Below are positions 9,680 through 18,100 of a stretch of DNA of 64,000 nt, piece after piece. Under the pieces are notes generated by a model that searched no databases, had not been told where the DNA came from, and worked only from the letters and a program-made list of their open reading frames with translations. A program made the position numbers and the translations under genes. Every line of letters starts with the position of its first letter. The first letter of the stretch is position 1. Source of the DNA: a candidate division TM6 bacterium GW2011_GWF2_28_16 (lineage in GTDB: Bacteria; Patescibacteriota; Microgenomatia; UBA1400; PJMF01). The stretch lies in contig CP011212.1 of assembly GCA_001029715.1 (NCBI GenBank), positions 67,407 to 131,406 on the forward strand. The letters are read 5' to 3'.

Positions 9680-10099
9680 TTAAAAACCCATATTAATGCC
9701 GGTTAGAAGTTGAATGATTTGCATAATCCAGTAAGCTGCAAACATAATAATAAAGCCAAGTACAGCAGAAGTCATGGTGGTTTTGGCTTTTTCCGCATCT
9801 TTTCCACCTCCTTGAATCATTGCAAATCCAGCGCCGACAATCATGACAAATAGAACTAAGCCCGCGCCGACAAAGAGTACTTTGACAATTAAATTTAGCA
9901 TGTCATCGGTACTATTAAAAACATCCTTGACTGGCGTGCCGTCTTTGAGAATGAGTTTCTCTCCCAGAGAAATTTCAACTTCTTCTACTTGTGCTGAGCT
10001 AGTAGCCCCAACGGCTAAAGCTAGAGGCGTTTTTATAAAAGAAAAATTAAAGACAAAAGCCGAGAAAAGAAGTAAAAATAATAAAAATTTGTTCTTCAT
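9680..10099 (-). CDS. TrbC/VirB2-like T4SS pilin family protein (paralogue 7, divergent)
   Basis: Signal peptide, two TM helices, loop MIQGGGKDAEKAKTTMTSAVLGFIIMF. Confidence 0.55.
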   Translation of the reverse strand: MKNKFLLFLLLFSAFVFNFSFIKTPLALAVGATSSAQVEEVEISLGEKLILKDGTPVKDVFNSTDDMLNLIVKVLFVGAGLVLFVMIVGAGFAMIQGGGKDAEKAKTTMTSAVLGFIIMFAAYWIMQIIQLLTGINMGF

Positions 10100-10152
10100 T
10101 GAAAATTATTATATTAGCTATATCGATATGTTTCTAGTGTAAAATAGAGCTA
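10100..10152. promoter_or_regulatory. short divergent promoter region between the pilin array (-) and the ECF sigma factor (+)
   Basis: 53-bp AT-rich intergenic spacer between two divergently oriented starts. No specific boxes assigned. Confidence 0.3.
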
Positions 10153-10713
10153 ATGCAAGATTTAACTCGTTTTGTTGGTTTCGACAATGAAGCAATTTTA
10201 GTGGAAGCCTTAAAGAATGGTAATGAATTGGCTGTCGAGTATTGGTTTAAAAAATATCGTCTTAAACTGAAAAAAATTGCTATTTTAAAAGTTCCTAGTC
10301 AAACGCAAGCTGCGGAAATTGTTCAAGAAACTTTCATTAATTGTCTACAAACCCTTAATTTATTTAAAGGTAATTCTTCACTTTTAACTTGGATGCAAAG
10401 CGTTATGCGTCATGAAATTGCTGACTTTTATCGCAAACGTTACGCAAAGAAATTTATTCAAACCATTCCTCTGAGTGATTTTCTTCTTGAACAGAACTAT
10501 AAAGATGCGGCGTCATCTGCAGAATTAGTAAGTCTGGTGCTTAAGAAAATGCTAAAAGAAAATCGAGAATTATTATTAAAAAAATATGTGGATTGTAAAA
10601 AAGTTAAAGATATTGCTTTCGAGATGGGTAATACCAGCAAAGCAGTTGAATCAAATTTGTTTAGAGCAAGACAAGAATTCAAGGCTTTGTGGTTAGAATT
10701 AGAAACAAAATGA
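10153..10713 (+). CDS. RNA polymerase sigma-70 factor, ECF subfamily
   Basis: Region-2-like VQETFINCLQTLNLF....LLTWMQSVMRHEIADFYRKR. Region-4 HTH VKDIAFEMGNTSKAVESNLFRARQEF. 186 aa. Confidence 0.8.
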   Translation: MQDLTRFVGFDNEAILVEALKNGNELAVEYWFKKYRLKLKKIAILKVPSQTQAAEIVQETFINCLQTLNLFKGNSSLLTWMQSVMRHEIADFYRKRYAKKFIQTIPLSDFLLEQNYKDAASSAELVSLVLKKMLKENRELLLKKYVDCKKVKDIAFEMGNTSKAVESNLFRARQEFKALWLELETK

Positions 10714-10904
10714 TAGAAAATAATTTTTTAAAGTTACTTAAAGATACTGCCAAAGAACAGAGTTATTTGGGTCAGGAAAAGCTAATTCCAGATCAACTAA
10801 GTGATCTGGCTAATTTTGTTGCCAATCATTTATGGCAAACGGCTTTGTTTTTAGCCTTTTTATCGACGATTTTATTAAATTTTTTAGCCACAATTAGACC
10901 ATGA
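10689..10904 (+). CDS. putative anti-sigma factor (single-pass membrane protein)
   Basis: 71-aa ORF overlapping the 3' end of the ECF sigma gene. Cytoplasmic N-terminus plus one C-terminal TM helix (WQTALFLAFLSTILLNFLATI). Call rests on position and architecture only. Confidence 0.4.
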   Translation: MVRIRNKMIENNFLKLLKDTAKEQSYLGQEKLIPDQLSDLANFVANHLWQTALFLAFLSTILLNFLATIRP

Positions 10905-11221
10905 AACATAAACAAAATAAATTTCTAATGATTTTTGACTCAATCATTTATTCCAGCGGACAAATGTTCCTTGGTTTGCTTTTGCATCCTTACCGCAGTA
11001 CTCAGCTTTTAGTTAAGAACAAGCTTTTATTACCATTTATTTTTTATCCTTTTTTAATTGCTTCCTTTTTTTATTTATTTATGCGAATTGATTTGATTTT
11101 GGGTTTTTACCAGAGTAACTTTTTCTTTAAATTTGCTTATCAAACGTTTTTATTCTTTTGTTTTTATTGGCAGATAGCTCTTTTTTATCTATGGTTTCGT
11201 TTTAGCAGGGTTTTTAATTAA
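10901..11221 (+). CDS. hypothetical membrane protein
   Basis: 106 aa with 3 predicted TM helices. Translationally coupled to the upstream ORF. Confidence 0.35.
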   Translation: MKHKQNKFLMIFDSIIYSSGQMFLGLLLHPYRSTQLLVKNKLLLPFIFYPFLIASFFYLFMRIDLILGFYQSNFFFKFAYQTFLFFCFYWQIALFYLWFRFSRVFN

Positions 11222-11222
11222 A

Positions 11223-12305
11223 ATGTTAATTAAATCTTTAGCTCTCCAAAATTTTCGCAATTTTTCTTTGATTAATTTCAGTTTTGAAAAAACTAATCTA
11301 ATTTTTGGCGAGAATGGCATTGGCAAGACCTCAATTATCGAAGCAATTTATTTATTGGCGAGTGCCGATAGCTTTAGAGCTGGTAAAGTCGAAGAAATGA
11401 TTCGTTTGGAAGCAGATTTGGGAAGAGTTCAGGGCTTAATTGATTTAGAGGGTCTCGGTGATGAAGAAAGTGAAGAACTAAAATTAGAAGCAATGCTGAC
11501 AAGAGGGATGGTTCAAGGAAAAAAAACTCAATATCGTTTATTTTCTGTTAACGATATTAGGCGTAGAAAAAAAGATTTTTTAGCTTTTTTTAAAGCAGTG
11601 GTTTTTAGACCAGAAGACCTACGCTTAGTAGAAGGTTCACCATCAAGAAGACGTAGTTTTTTAGATACAGCTTTAATAATGATTTCTGATGAATATCGAT
11701 CCGCTTTATCTAGATACGAGCAAACTCTAAAACGTAGAAATAGATTGTTACAAAAAGTTAATGAAGGCAAAGAGGGCCGAGAGACTCTTAATTTTTGGAA
11801 TACAAATTTAGTTAAAAATGGTGAATTTCTCCAAGCTCAGAGATCGAACCTAATTGATTTTATTAGCGAAGTGGTTTTTCCTTTTGAACTCAACATTGAA
11901 TATATTCCCTCTATAATTTCTGAAAAAAAGTTGCTAGAGCACTTAGATAAAGAGATTTTTCTTGGACACACTTTAATCGGGCCACATAAAGATGATTTTT
12001 TACTTAAGTTTTCACAGGAAGAAAAAGGTATTGATGACCTTAGTCTTTTGGCTTATGGCTCTAGAGGACAGCAACGACTGGGTGTTTTATGGCTTAAAAT
12101 AGCTGAATTACAGTTTTTGACTGATAAAATTGGTTACCAACCAGTGCTTTTGCTTGATGATATTTTGTCAGAGCTTGATATACACAGCAAAGATATGGTA
12201 CTCGATTTATTATCAAATTATCAGACTATTTTGACGACAGCAGACGCTGATGTTCTAGCAGACCTGCGTAGTCGAGTAAAAGATTTGAATCTAATTATCT
12301 TGTAA
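11223..12305 (+). CDS. recF: DNA replication and repair protein RecF
   Basis: N-terminus LALQNFRNF...IFGENGIGKTSIIEAIYLLA..SFR (Walker A). Signature/Walker B region LLLDDILSELD. 360 aa. Confidence 0.9.
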   Translation: MLIKSLALQNFRNFSLINFSFEKTNLIFGENGIGKTSIIEAIYLLASADSFRAGKVEEMIRLEADLGRVQGLIDLEGLGDEESEELKLEAMLTRGMVQGKKTQYRLFSVNDIRRRKKDFLAFFKAVVFRPEDLRLVEGSPSRRRSFLDTALIMISDEYRSALSRYEQTLKRRNRLLQKVNEGKEGRETLNFWNTNLVKNGEFLQAQRSNLIDFISEVVFPFELNIEYIPSIISEKKLLEHLDKEIFLGHTLIGPHKDDFLLKFSQEEKGIDDLSLLAYGSRGQQRLGVLWLKIAELQFLTDKIGYQPVLLLDDILSELDIHSKDMVLDLLSNYQTILTTADADVLADLRSRVKDLNLIIL

Positions 12306-13122
12306 TTTGTTTGCGGGTTATTTCTAACTCTTGCCACAAAACTTCTGGAATTATTTCTACTAGATCACTACTATTGAAAAAAGTTCCCTGTTTTTTGTAA
12401 AGTTCTTCAGCTGATTTTTTATTAATGTAGCTGGCGACCAAGCAGCTCTCCAAGGCTTCACTTTTACAATAAAATGCGGCTAAAAGACCAGCTAAAACAT
12501 CCCCCGTGCCACCTTTAGTCATGCCGGCATTGCCACCCTCAACTTCAATTTCCTCTGGATTTTGAGGCTTAAAGATTTTATCAGTTTGTCCTTTGAGTAA
12601 ACAAAAACAATTAGCTTGATAATTTACCTCGTTAAATAAATTGTTTTTTTTTTGCAATAGCACCATCTCCTGATGATGTGGAGTAATGATATGATTTTTG
12701 TTTAGCAATTTTACGTCAAGCATTTGCAATGCTCCGGCGTCAATAACCCATTTTTTATTTGGATATTTTTTTAGCAAATTATTAATCAATCTCTTAGTAT
12801 AAAAAGACCGATCCATGCCTGGGCCAATCAAAACAGCATCAGCCTCGTCAATATAATTTTTGATTTGTTTGCGACTAATAACGATGCCATTCCAGAATTT
12901 TTCTTTTGCCTCATTGATCAATTTATTATTACTTGGAACTGAAGAGTAAAAAACCATGTCAACGATTTTACTTGCAATATCTAAGCTCCACTTACTGGCA
13001 GCATGAAATAATTCACTACCACCGATAATTAGCAATTTACCATTTTGGCCTTTATGAGAATTACTTTTTGGCAAAGAGAGTTGCGCAAGGGCAAGCTCTA
13101 GAGCTTGTATTTTTTTATTCAT
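12295..13122 (-). CDS. nnrD: ADP-dependent (S)-NAD(P)H-hydrate dehydratase (YjeF C-terminal/carbohydrate-kinase-like domain)
   Basis: KGQNGKLLIIGGS, IGPGM and GTGDVLAGLLAAF motifs. 275 aa. Confidence 0.85.
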   Translation of the reverse strand: MNKKIQALELALAQLSLPKSNSHKGQNGKLLIIGGSELFHAASKWSLDIASKIVDMVFYSSVPSNNKLINEAKEKFWNGIVISRKQIKNYIDEADAVLIGPGMDRSFYTKRLINNLLKKYPNKKWVIDAGALQMLDVKLLNKNHIITPHHQEMVLLQKKNNLFNEVNYQANCFCLLKGQTDKIFKPQNPEEIEVEGGNAGMTKGGTGDVLAGLLAAFYCKSEALESCLVASYINKKSAEELYKKQGTFFNSSDLVEIIPEVLWQELEITRKQITR

Positions 13123-13237
13123 CTATTTGATTCTAACTTATTCTTTAGTTTTTGAGGACTTAGCTTTTATTCTGCTTTTATTGTAGATTATGCAAGAATC
13201 TTCCCAAAACCAACAAACTAGTTTAAAATCACACTAA

Positions 13238-14329
13238 ATGTATCAACCGAAGTTTAAGATTACCAATCACTTACTTGCCTACATTTCTTCCATTGAATCC
13301 GCCAAAGCCCTAATCGATCATTCTGCTCTCGTTCCTTCTTGGGAAGCAAAGTTTCGTGATGAAGCAATGATGAGGAGTGTCCATTTTGGTACTCACATCG
13401 AGGGAAATGAACTTAGTGCTGATCAAGCTGGCAAAGTTGTTCAGTTAAAAAATACCAGCAATCCGCAAATAGTGGTTGATCAAACTGGGATTATTGCTAG
13501 AGATAGAGATATTCAAGAAGTAATTAATTATCGCAACGTAATTGCTTGGATTGATCAGCGCCCAATTAAAAAATCTGGCGAAGATCTTAATTTAGAAACT
13601 CTAATGAGTTTACATAAATTAACCATGCAAAAACTCTTACCAGAGGAACAAATTGCTGTTTTTCGTGAAAAACAAGTCATCGTCAGAGGAGCGGCTAGTG
13701 GAAGCGTGGTTTTTCGTCCACCGGTTTCAGTAGAAGTGCCATTCTTAATTGAAGATTTCTTCACTTGGTTAAATAGTCCAGAAGCTTTAGAACTGCATCC
13801 GGTTTTTAGAGCTGCTATTACTCATTACAGCTTGGTTTATATTCATCCTTTTGTTGAAGGCAATGGTCGAGTGGCCAGGGCTTTTGCTACTTTTGTGCTT
13901 TACAGCTCTGGTTACGATTTTAAGCGTTTTTTTTCAATTGAAGAATATTTTGACAGCGATGTTGAAGCTTATTATCAGGCTCTTTTATCAGCTCAACAGA
14001 GCAGTGATAAAGACCTAACATACTTTTTGGAATATTTTGCTTATGGTTTGGCTTTGGAAATCGACAAGGTTAAACAAAAAGTTTTAAAGCTTTCTCAAGA
14101 TCTGAAAATCCAGCGTGAACTTGGTCAACAAGTAGCTTTATCTGAACGTCAGATCATTATTTTAGAAATTCTACAGAATCAGGGGCAGATGACGTCTGAT
14201 GATGCTCAAAAAGCTTTGCCCAATGTTTCTGTCGATACGATTTTGCGCGACTTAAAAGATTTAATCAGTAAAGGTGTGGTACAAAAACGAGGTGTCACTA
14301 AGGGTGTGAGTTACACTTTAATTAACTAA
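13238..14329 (+). CDS. Fic/DOC family protein with C-terminal winged-helix domain
   Basis: Canonical Fic motif HPFVEGNGRVARAF. C-terminal wHTH-like segment. Confidence 0.85.
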   Translation: MYQPKFKITNHLLAYISSIESAKALIDHSALVPSWEAKFRDEAMMRSVHFGTHIEGNELSADQAGKVVQLKNTSNPQIVVDQTGIIARDRDIQEVINYRNVIAWIDQRPIKKSGEDLNLETLMSLHKLTMQKLLPEEQIAVFREKQVIVRGAASGSVVFRPPVSVEVPFLIEDFFTWLNSPEALELHPVFRAAITHYSLVYIHPFVEGNGRVARAFATFVLYSSGYDFKRFFSIEEYFDSDVEAYYQALLSAQQSSDKDLTYFLEYFAYGLALEIDKVKQKVLKLSQDLKIQRELGQQVALSERQIIILEILQNQGQMTSDDAQKALPNVSVDTILRDLKDLISKGVVQKRGVTKGVSYTLIN

Positions 14330-14346
14330 GCTGTTAAAATGGTCTT

Positions 14347-16206
14347 ATGTTTTTCAGAGATTTTTCTATTTATTTGCAGAAAATTGAGGCAGTTTCTGCT
14401 CGTTTGAGCATTACTGCTATTTTAGCTGATCTTTTTAAGGATCTATCAGTTGGCCAGCAAGATCCAGACGAAATTGTTTTAGCCACTTATCTAATGCAGG
14501 GGAGTTTAGTACCCTCTTATTTATCTTTAGAATTTCAAATGTCAGAAAAAATGTTGATTAAAACTTTGGCAAGAGTTCAGGGCAAAGATAATAATTTTAA
14601 ATCAAACAATTCAGATAATCTTTTTGCAGAAGTGGATCAAAATTTATTTGAGGATCATTCTGTTTTAGAGAAAAAGTTGAGTGTCGAATATAAAAAAATA
14701 GGTGACATTGGTGAACTTTTTGAAAAAGTTTTAACCGAATTTTCATCTGATAAAACTTTGAGTGAGCAGCTTTCAATCACTCAAGTCCATCAATTCTTAA
14801 GTGAACTGGCCACTACTTCTGGACTCGGCTCTCAGGACAAAAAAATTGAATTACTTGCCAATTTACTACAAAAATTAGATCCTCTTTCTGCTCGGTACAT
14901 CAGTCGTATTATTTTAAGCAAAATGCGTCTTGGTTTTTCGACTATGACTCTGATAGATTCACTTTCTTTCGTCAAAAATAATGATAAAAGTGATAGCGCC
15001 AACTTAGAAAGAGCTTTTTTTAAAAAAGCAGATTTAGGTAAGTTGGCTAAGGCTTATTTATTAGATCATAGAGACTTAAATAGTGATGAATTATTGAAAA
15101 CTTATCAAGTGGAACTGGGTGTTCCAGTTTTGCCTGTGCTTTGTCAACGTCTCAATAGCGCTCAAGAAATTATTGAAAAAATGGGTGAAGTGCTTGCAGA
15201 GCCAAAATATGATGGTTTGAGAGTGCAGATTCATATCAACAAGGAAAAATTTGCTGACAGTGGTTTGCTTTATAAAGCTTTTACTAGAAATTTAGAAGAT
15301 GTTACTCATATGTTTCCAGAGTTGGCGGAGGTGGCCTCGGCATTAAAGGTCAAAAATTGCATTTTAGACACTGAGGCAATTGGAATAGATAAAAAAACCG
15401 GCAAGTTTTTATCTTTTCAAGAAACAATTCAGCGTAAGCGTAAACACGACATCTCAGCCAAAGCTCTAGAGGTGCCAATTTGTTTTTATGCTTTTGATTT
15501 GCTTTTGTTAGATGATCAGGTTTTGATTGATCGAGATTTGCTGGCTAGAAAAGCCAAATTAAATGAAGTTTTGAAAGATTCGGAATTTATCAAAAAAACT
15601 GAATATTCTCTGATTAGTGATCCGAGTGAATTAAAATCTTTTCATGAGCAACAACTTAATTTGGGTTTAGAGGGTGCCGTCATGAAACAGGGGAGTTCAG
15701 CCTATATTTCTGGTAGAAAATCTTGGCGTTGGGTCAAAATTAAAGAAGAAGAAGGTAGTCAAGGTAAACTCTCTGATACCATTGATTGCTTGATGCTGGG
15801 TTATTACCTTGGCAAAGGTAAAAGACAAGTTTTTGGAATAGGCGCTTTATTAGTGGGAGTTCTGGATAAAGACAAAGATGGCAATTTAGTGGTTAGATCT
15901 CTTTCCAAAATTGGAACTGGTTTGACTGATGAGCAGTTTCGTGAAGTTAAAAACTTAGCGGATAAATATCCAAGTAAAGATAATCAAAAACCAACTTTGT
16001 ATGATGTCGATAAAAATTTATTTCCTGATGTTTGGCTTGAGCCGCGTTTGGTTTTAGAAATTGCTGCTGATGAAATTAGCAAATCGCCAATTCACTCTGC
16101 AGGAGTAGCTTTGCGTTTTCCAAGATTAGTTCAAATTCGTTACGATAAAAGTTTCGAAAATGCTACTACTCTTGAGGAGTTGTCTTCAATTCATATTGCT
16201 GGCTAA
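14347..16206 (+). CDS. lig: ATP-dependent DNA ligase (LigI-like, three-domain)
   Basis: Motif I AEPKYDGLRVQIH (KxDGxR). Downstream adenylation and OB-fold motifs (EGAVMK.., WVKIK). 619 aa with an N-terminal DNA-binding domain. Confidence 0.85.
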   Translation: MFFRDFSIYLQKIEAVSARLSITAILADLFKDLSVGQQDPDEIVLATYLMQGSLVPSYLSLEFQMSEKMLIKTLARVQGKDNNFKSNNSDNLFAEVDQNLFEDHSVLEKKLSVEYKKIGDIGELFEKVLTEFSSDKTLSEQLSITQVHQFLSELATTSGLGSQDKKIELLANLLQKLDPLSARYISRIILSKMRLGFSTMTLIDSLSFVKNNDKSDSANLERAFFKKADLGKLAKAYLLDHRDLNSDELLKTYQVELGVPVLPVLCQRLNSAQEIIEKMGEVLAEPKYDGLRVQIHINKEKFADSGLLYKAFTRNLEDVTHMFPELAEVASALKVKNCILDTEAIGIDKKTGKFLSFQETIQRKRKHDISAKALEVPICFYAFDLLLLDDQVLIDRDLLARKAKLNEVLKDSEFIKKTEYSLISDPSELKSFHEQQLNLGLEGAVMKQGSSAYISGRKSWRWVKIKEEEGSQGKLSDTIDCLMLGYYLGKGKRQVFGIGALLVGVLDKDKDGNLVVRSLSKIGTGLTDEQFREVKNLADKYPSKDNQKPTLYDVDKNLFPDVWLEPRLVLEIAADEISKSPIHSAGVALRFPRLVQIRYDKSFENATTLEELSSIHIAG

Positions 16207-16218
16207 TTCTGCCAACCA

Positions 16219-17325
16219 TTAGTTGAGAAGTCTGTCTATTTCTTTAAGCAAAATATTGATTGAATTTTGATTGTAAGCCTTAAGTTTTTTGATGTTTTTT
16301 GTAAAATCACTGATTTTCTCTGGATTCTCAATCAATTCTGCTAATTCTTTATTGGCTTTTTTGGCATTTTCTTCGACGATACCAATTTTAAAATCTCTAA
16401 TAATATCGAGATTACCATCTTCTTGACCATGGATGTGAGTAATAGCAAAAAACGGTTTTTCACAAGCCACGCTTTCAAATAAAGTATTTGGTCCAGCCTT
16501 ACCAACGATTAGATCGGCTGCCTGCATGTAGAGATGTAGCTCACTTGTATGATAAAGGGGAATAATTTCAGCCTTAGAAGAACTAAATTTGTCAAAACTC
16601 TGTTTGATACCAAGCATATTGTTATAAAGAAATTTATTTTTACCGCAGCTAATAATAAAGTTAACTTTTTGTTCACAGTTAATAATTGTTGGTAAAATTT
16701 TTAGAATAGCATTGGAACCCTCTGATCCAGAAACAATTAAAAAGGTCAAATCATTGCTAATTTTTAATTTTTTTCTAATTGTTTTTCGATCGTAATTATT
16801 TTCAAATTTACTTCTGATAAACCAGCCAGCCTTTTTCATATTTTTGTTTTTGTATTGTTTTACAAGATAATCATCAAAAACAAAATTGGAGTCAGCTTTT
16901 TCTGAAATTGTCAAAGAATGAACCGTTTTTGGATCAGTAACAATATTGATGAAAGGAATACCTTTTTGTTGAAATTTTTCTAGAATGGGATTACATTCAA
17001 AATAAGTACTTATACATAGGTTAATTTTATTTTTTTTGATAAAATCTGTTATTTCTTTATCGTAGTTCATTAAAAAATAAGCATCCGCCAATTTTCTAGC
17101 ACTCTTATCTTTTTGTGTTATTTTGGAGCTCCAATGAAAAGAAGAACCAATTGAAGTGGGGTTTATTTTAAATAAGTAGTCATAAGTTAAGTCCAACGCG
17201 CTTCGTTTGATAAAAAAGATTTTAATTGAATATTTATTTTTAGCATTTTCTTCAATTTTTTCTGCAATTGCCTTGGCTATGCTTTCGTGACCGTAGATGC
17301 TAGTAAAGATTCCAATGGTTTTCAT
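16219..17325 (-). CDS. glycosyltransferase family 28 (MurG/UgtP/MGDG-synthase-like)
   Basis: GT-B fold with C-terminal GKAGPNTLFESVACEKPFF....GQEDGN motif resembling the MurG/UgtP C-domain. No mur/fts neighbours, so the generic call is kept. Confidence 0.55.
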   Translation of the reverse strand: MKTIGIFTSIYGHESIAKAIAEKIEENAKNKYSIKIFFIKRSALDLTYDYLFKINPTSIGSSFHWSSKITQKDKSARKLADAYFLMNYDKEITDFIKKNKINLCISTYFECNPILEKFQQKGIPFINIVTDPKTVHSLTISEKADSNFVFDDYLVKQYKNKNMKKAGWFIRSKFENNYDRKTIRKKLKISNDLTFLIVSGSEGSNAILKILPTIINCEQKVNFIISCGKNKFLYNNMLGIKQSFDKFSSSKAEIIPLYHTSELHLYMQAADLIVGKAGPNTLFESVACEKPFFAITHIHGQEDGNLDIIRDFKIGIVEENAKKANKELAELIENPEKISDFTKNIKKLKAYNQNSINILLKEIDRLLN

Positions 17326-17347
17326 GATCTGGCTATTATATACTTTA

Positions 17348-17509
17348 TTAAAACTTCACGCTTTGACGAGTCACGGCAGACTAAAATTATTGGTGAAACA
17401 AATTAACAATCTTTGTCTGCCTCGGAGAAGTCGCTGTTTATAAACAATTATTTAGAGTTAAGCTGTTTCCCAGCTCCTTCTAGGGACTCTTTAAAGCGTG
17501 AAGTTTTAA
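17348..17509. repeat. ~160-bp intergenic element bounded by ~25-bp inverted repeats (MITE-like or structured RNA)
   Basis: Left arm TTAAAACTTCACGCTTTGACGAGTC (17348-17372). Right arm GACTCTTTAAAGCGTGAAGTTTTAA (17485-17509) is its near-perfect reverse complement. An inner hairpin GGCAGAC…GTCTGCC is present. Confidence 0.45.
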
Positions 17510-17526
17510 AATTTGGATAAATTGAT

Positions 17527-18081
17527 ATGAAAATAATCATGGGTCTTGGTAATCCGGGCAAAGAATATGAGCAGACTAGGCACAATGCTGGTTTTGCCCT
17601 GATTGATTATTTAGTAAAAAAATTCTCCCTCAGTCTTAAATTTGACAAGAAATTTAACGTGGAATACGTCAAAGCCGAAATTATTCAAAATGGAGTGGCT
17701 CAGGATATTTGCTTGATCAAGTCTATGACGTTTATGAATAGATCTGGTATAGCCTTAAGAGCTTTTTTAGATTATTTTTATCCAGAAATGCTTGAGGAAG
17801 ACGAGGGGAATCATTTGATCATTGCTCATGATGATCTCGATTTAGAATTAGGTCAATTTAAGCTTCAAAAAGGCAAGGGCCCAAAAATTCATAATGGCCT
17901 TGCTTCAATTTATGAAAATCTTAGACATAAGAATTTTTGGCATTTACGTCTCGGCGTAGATTCTAGAGCTGGCAATCGCAATATTGATCCGAGTAATTAT
18001 GTTTTGATGAAGCTAAATCAAGAAGAGAAAACCAGTTTAGAAAAGGTTATCATTGAGGTTTCAAGTTTACTTTTTAGTTGA
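17527..18081 (+). CDS. pth: peptidyl-tRNA hydrolase
   Basis: MGLGNPGKEY..TRHNAGF N-terminal signature. 184 aa. Confidence 0.9.
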   Translation: MKIIMGLGNPGKEYEQTRHNAGFALIDYLVKKFSLSLKFDKKFNVEYVKAEIIQNGVAQDICLIKSMTFMNRSGIALRAFLDYFYPEMLEEDEGNHLIIAHDDLDLELGQFKLQKGKGPKIHNGLASIYENLRHKNFWHLRLGVDSRAGNRNIDPSNYVLMKLNQEEKTSLEKVIIEVSSLLFS

Positions 18082-18100
18082 GTTTTTATATTAAAGTCCT

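Noticed and set aside
12644-12653. A 10-nt homopolymer (A10 on the coding strand) inside nnr, considered as a frameshift or phase-variation site or a pseudogene indicator.
   Set aside because: The ORF is intact and full length across the tract, and long A/T runs are common in this AT-rich genome. No evidence of disruption.
16219-17325. Calling the GT28-like gene murG.
   Set aside because: There are no mur/fts neighbours and the N-terminal half looks more like MGDG-synthase/UgtP-type proteins. The generic GT28 call is kept.
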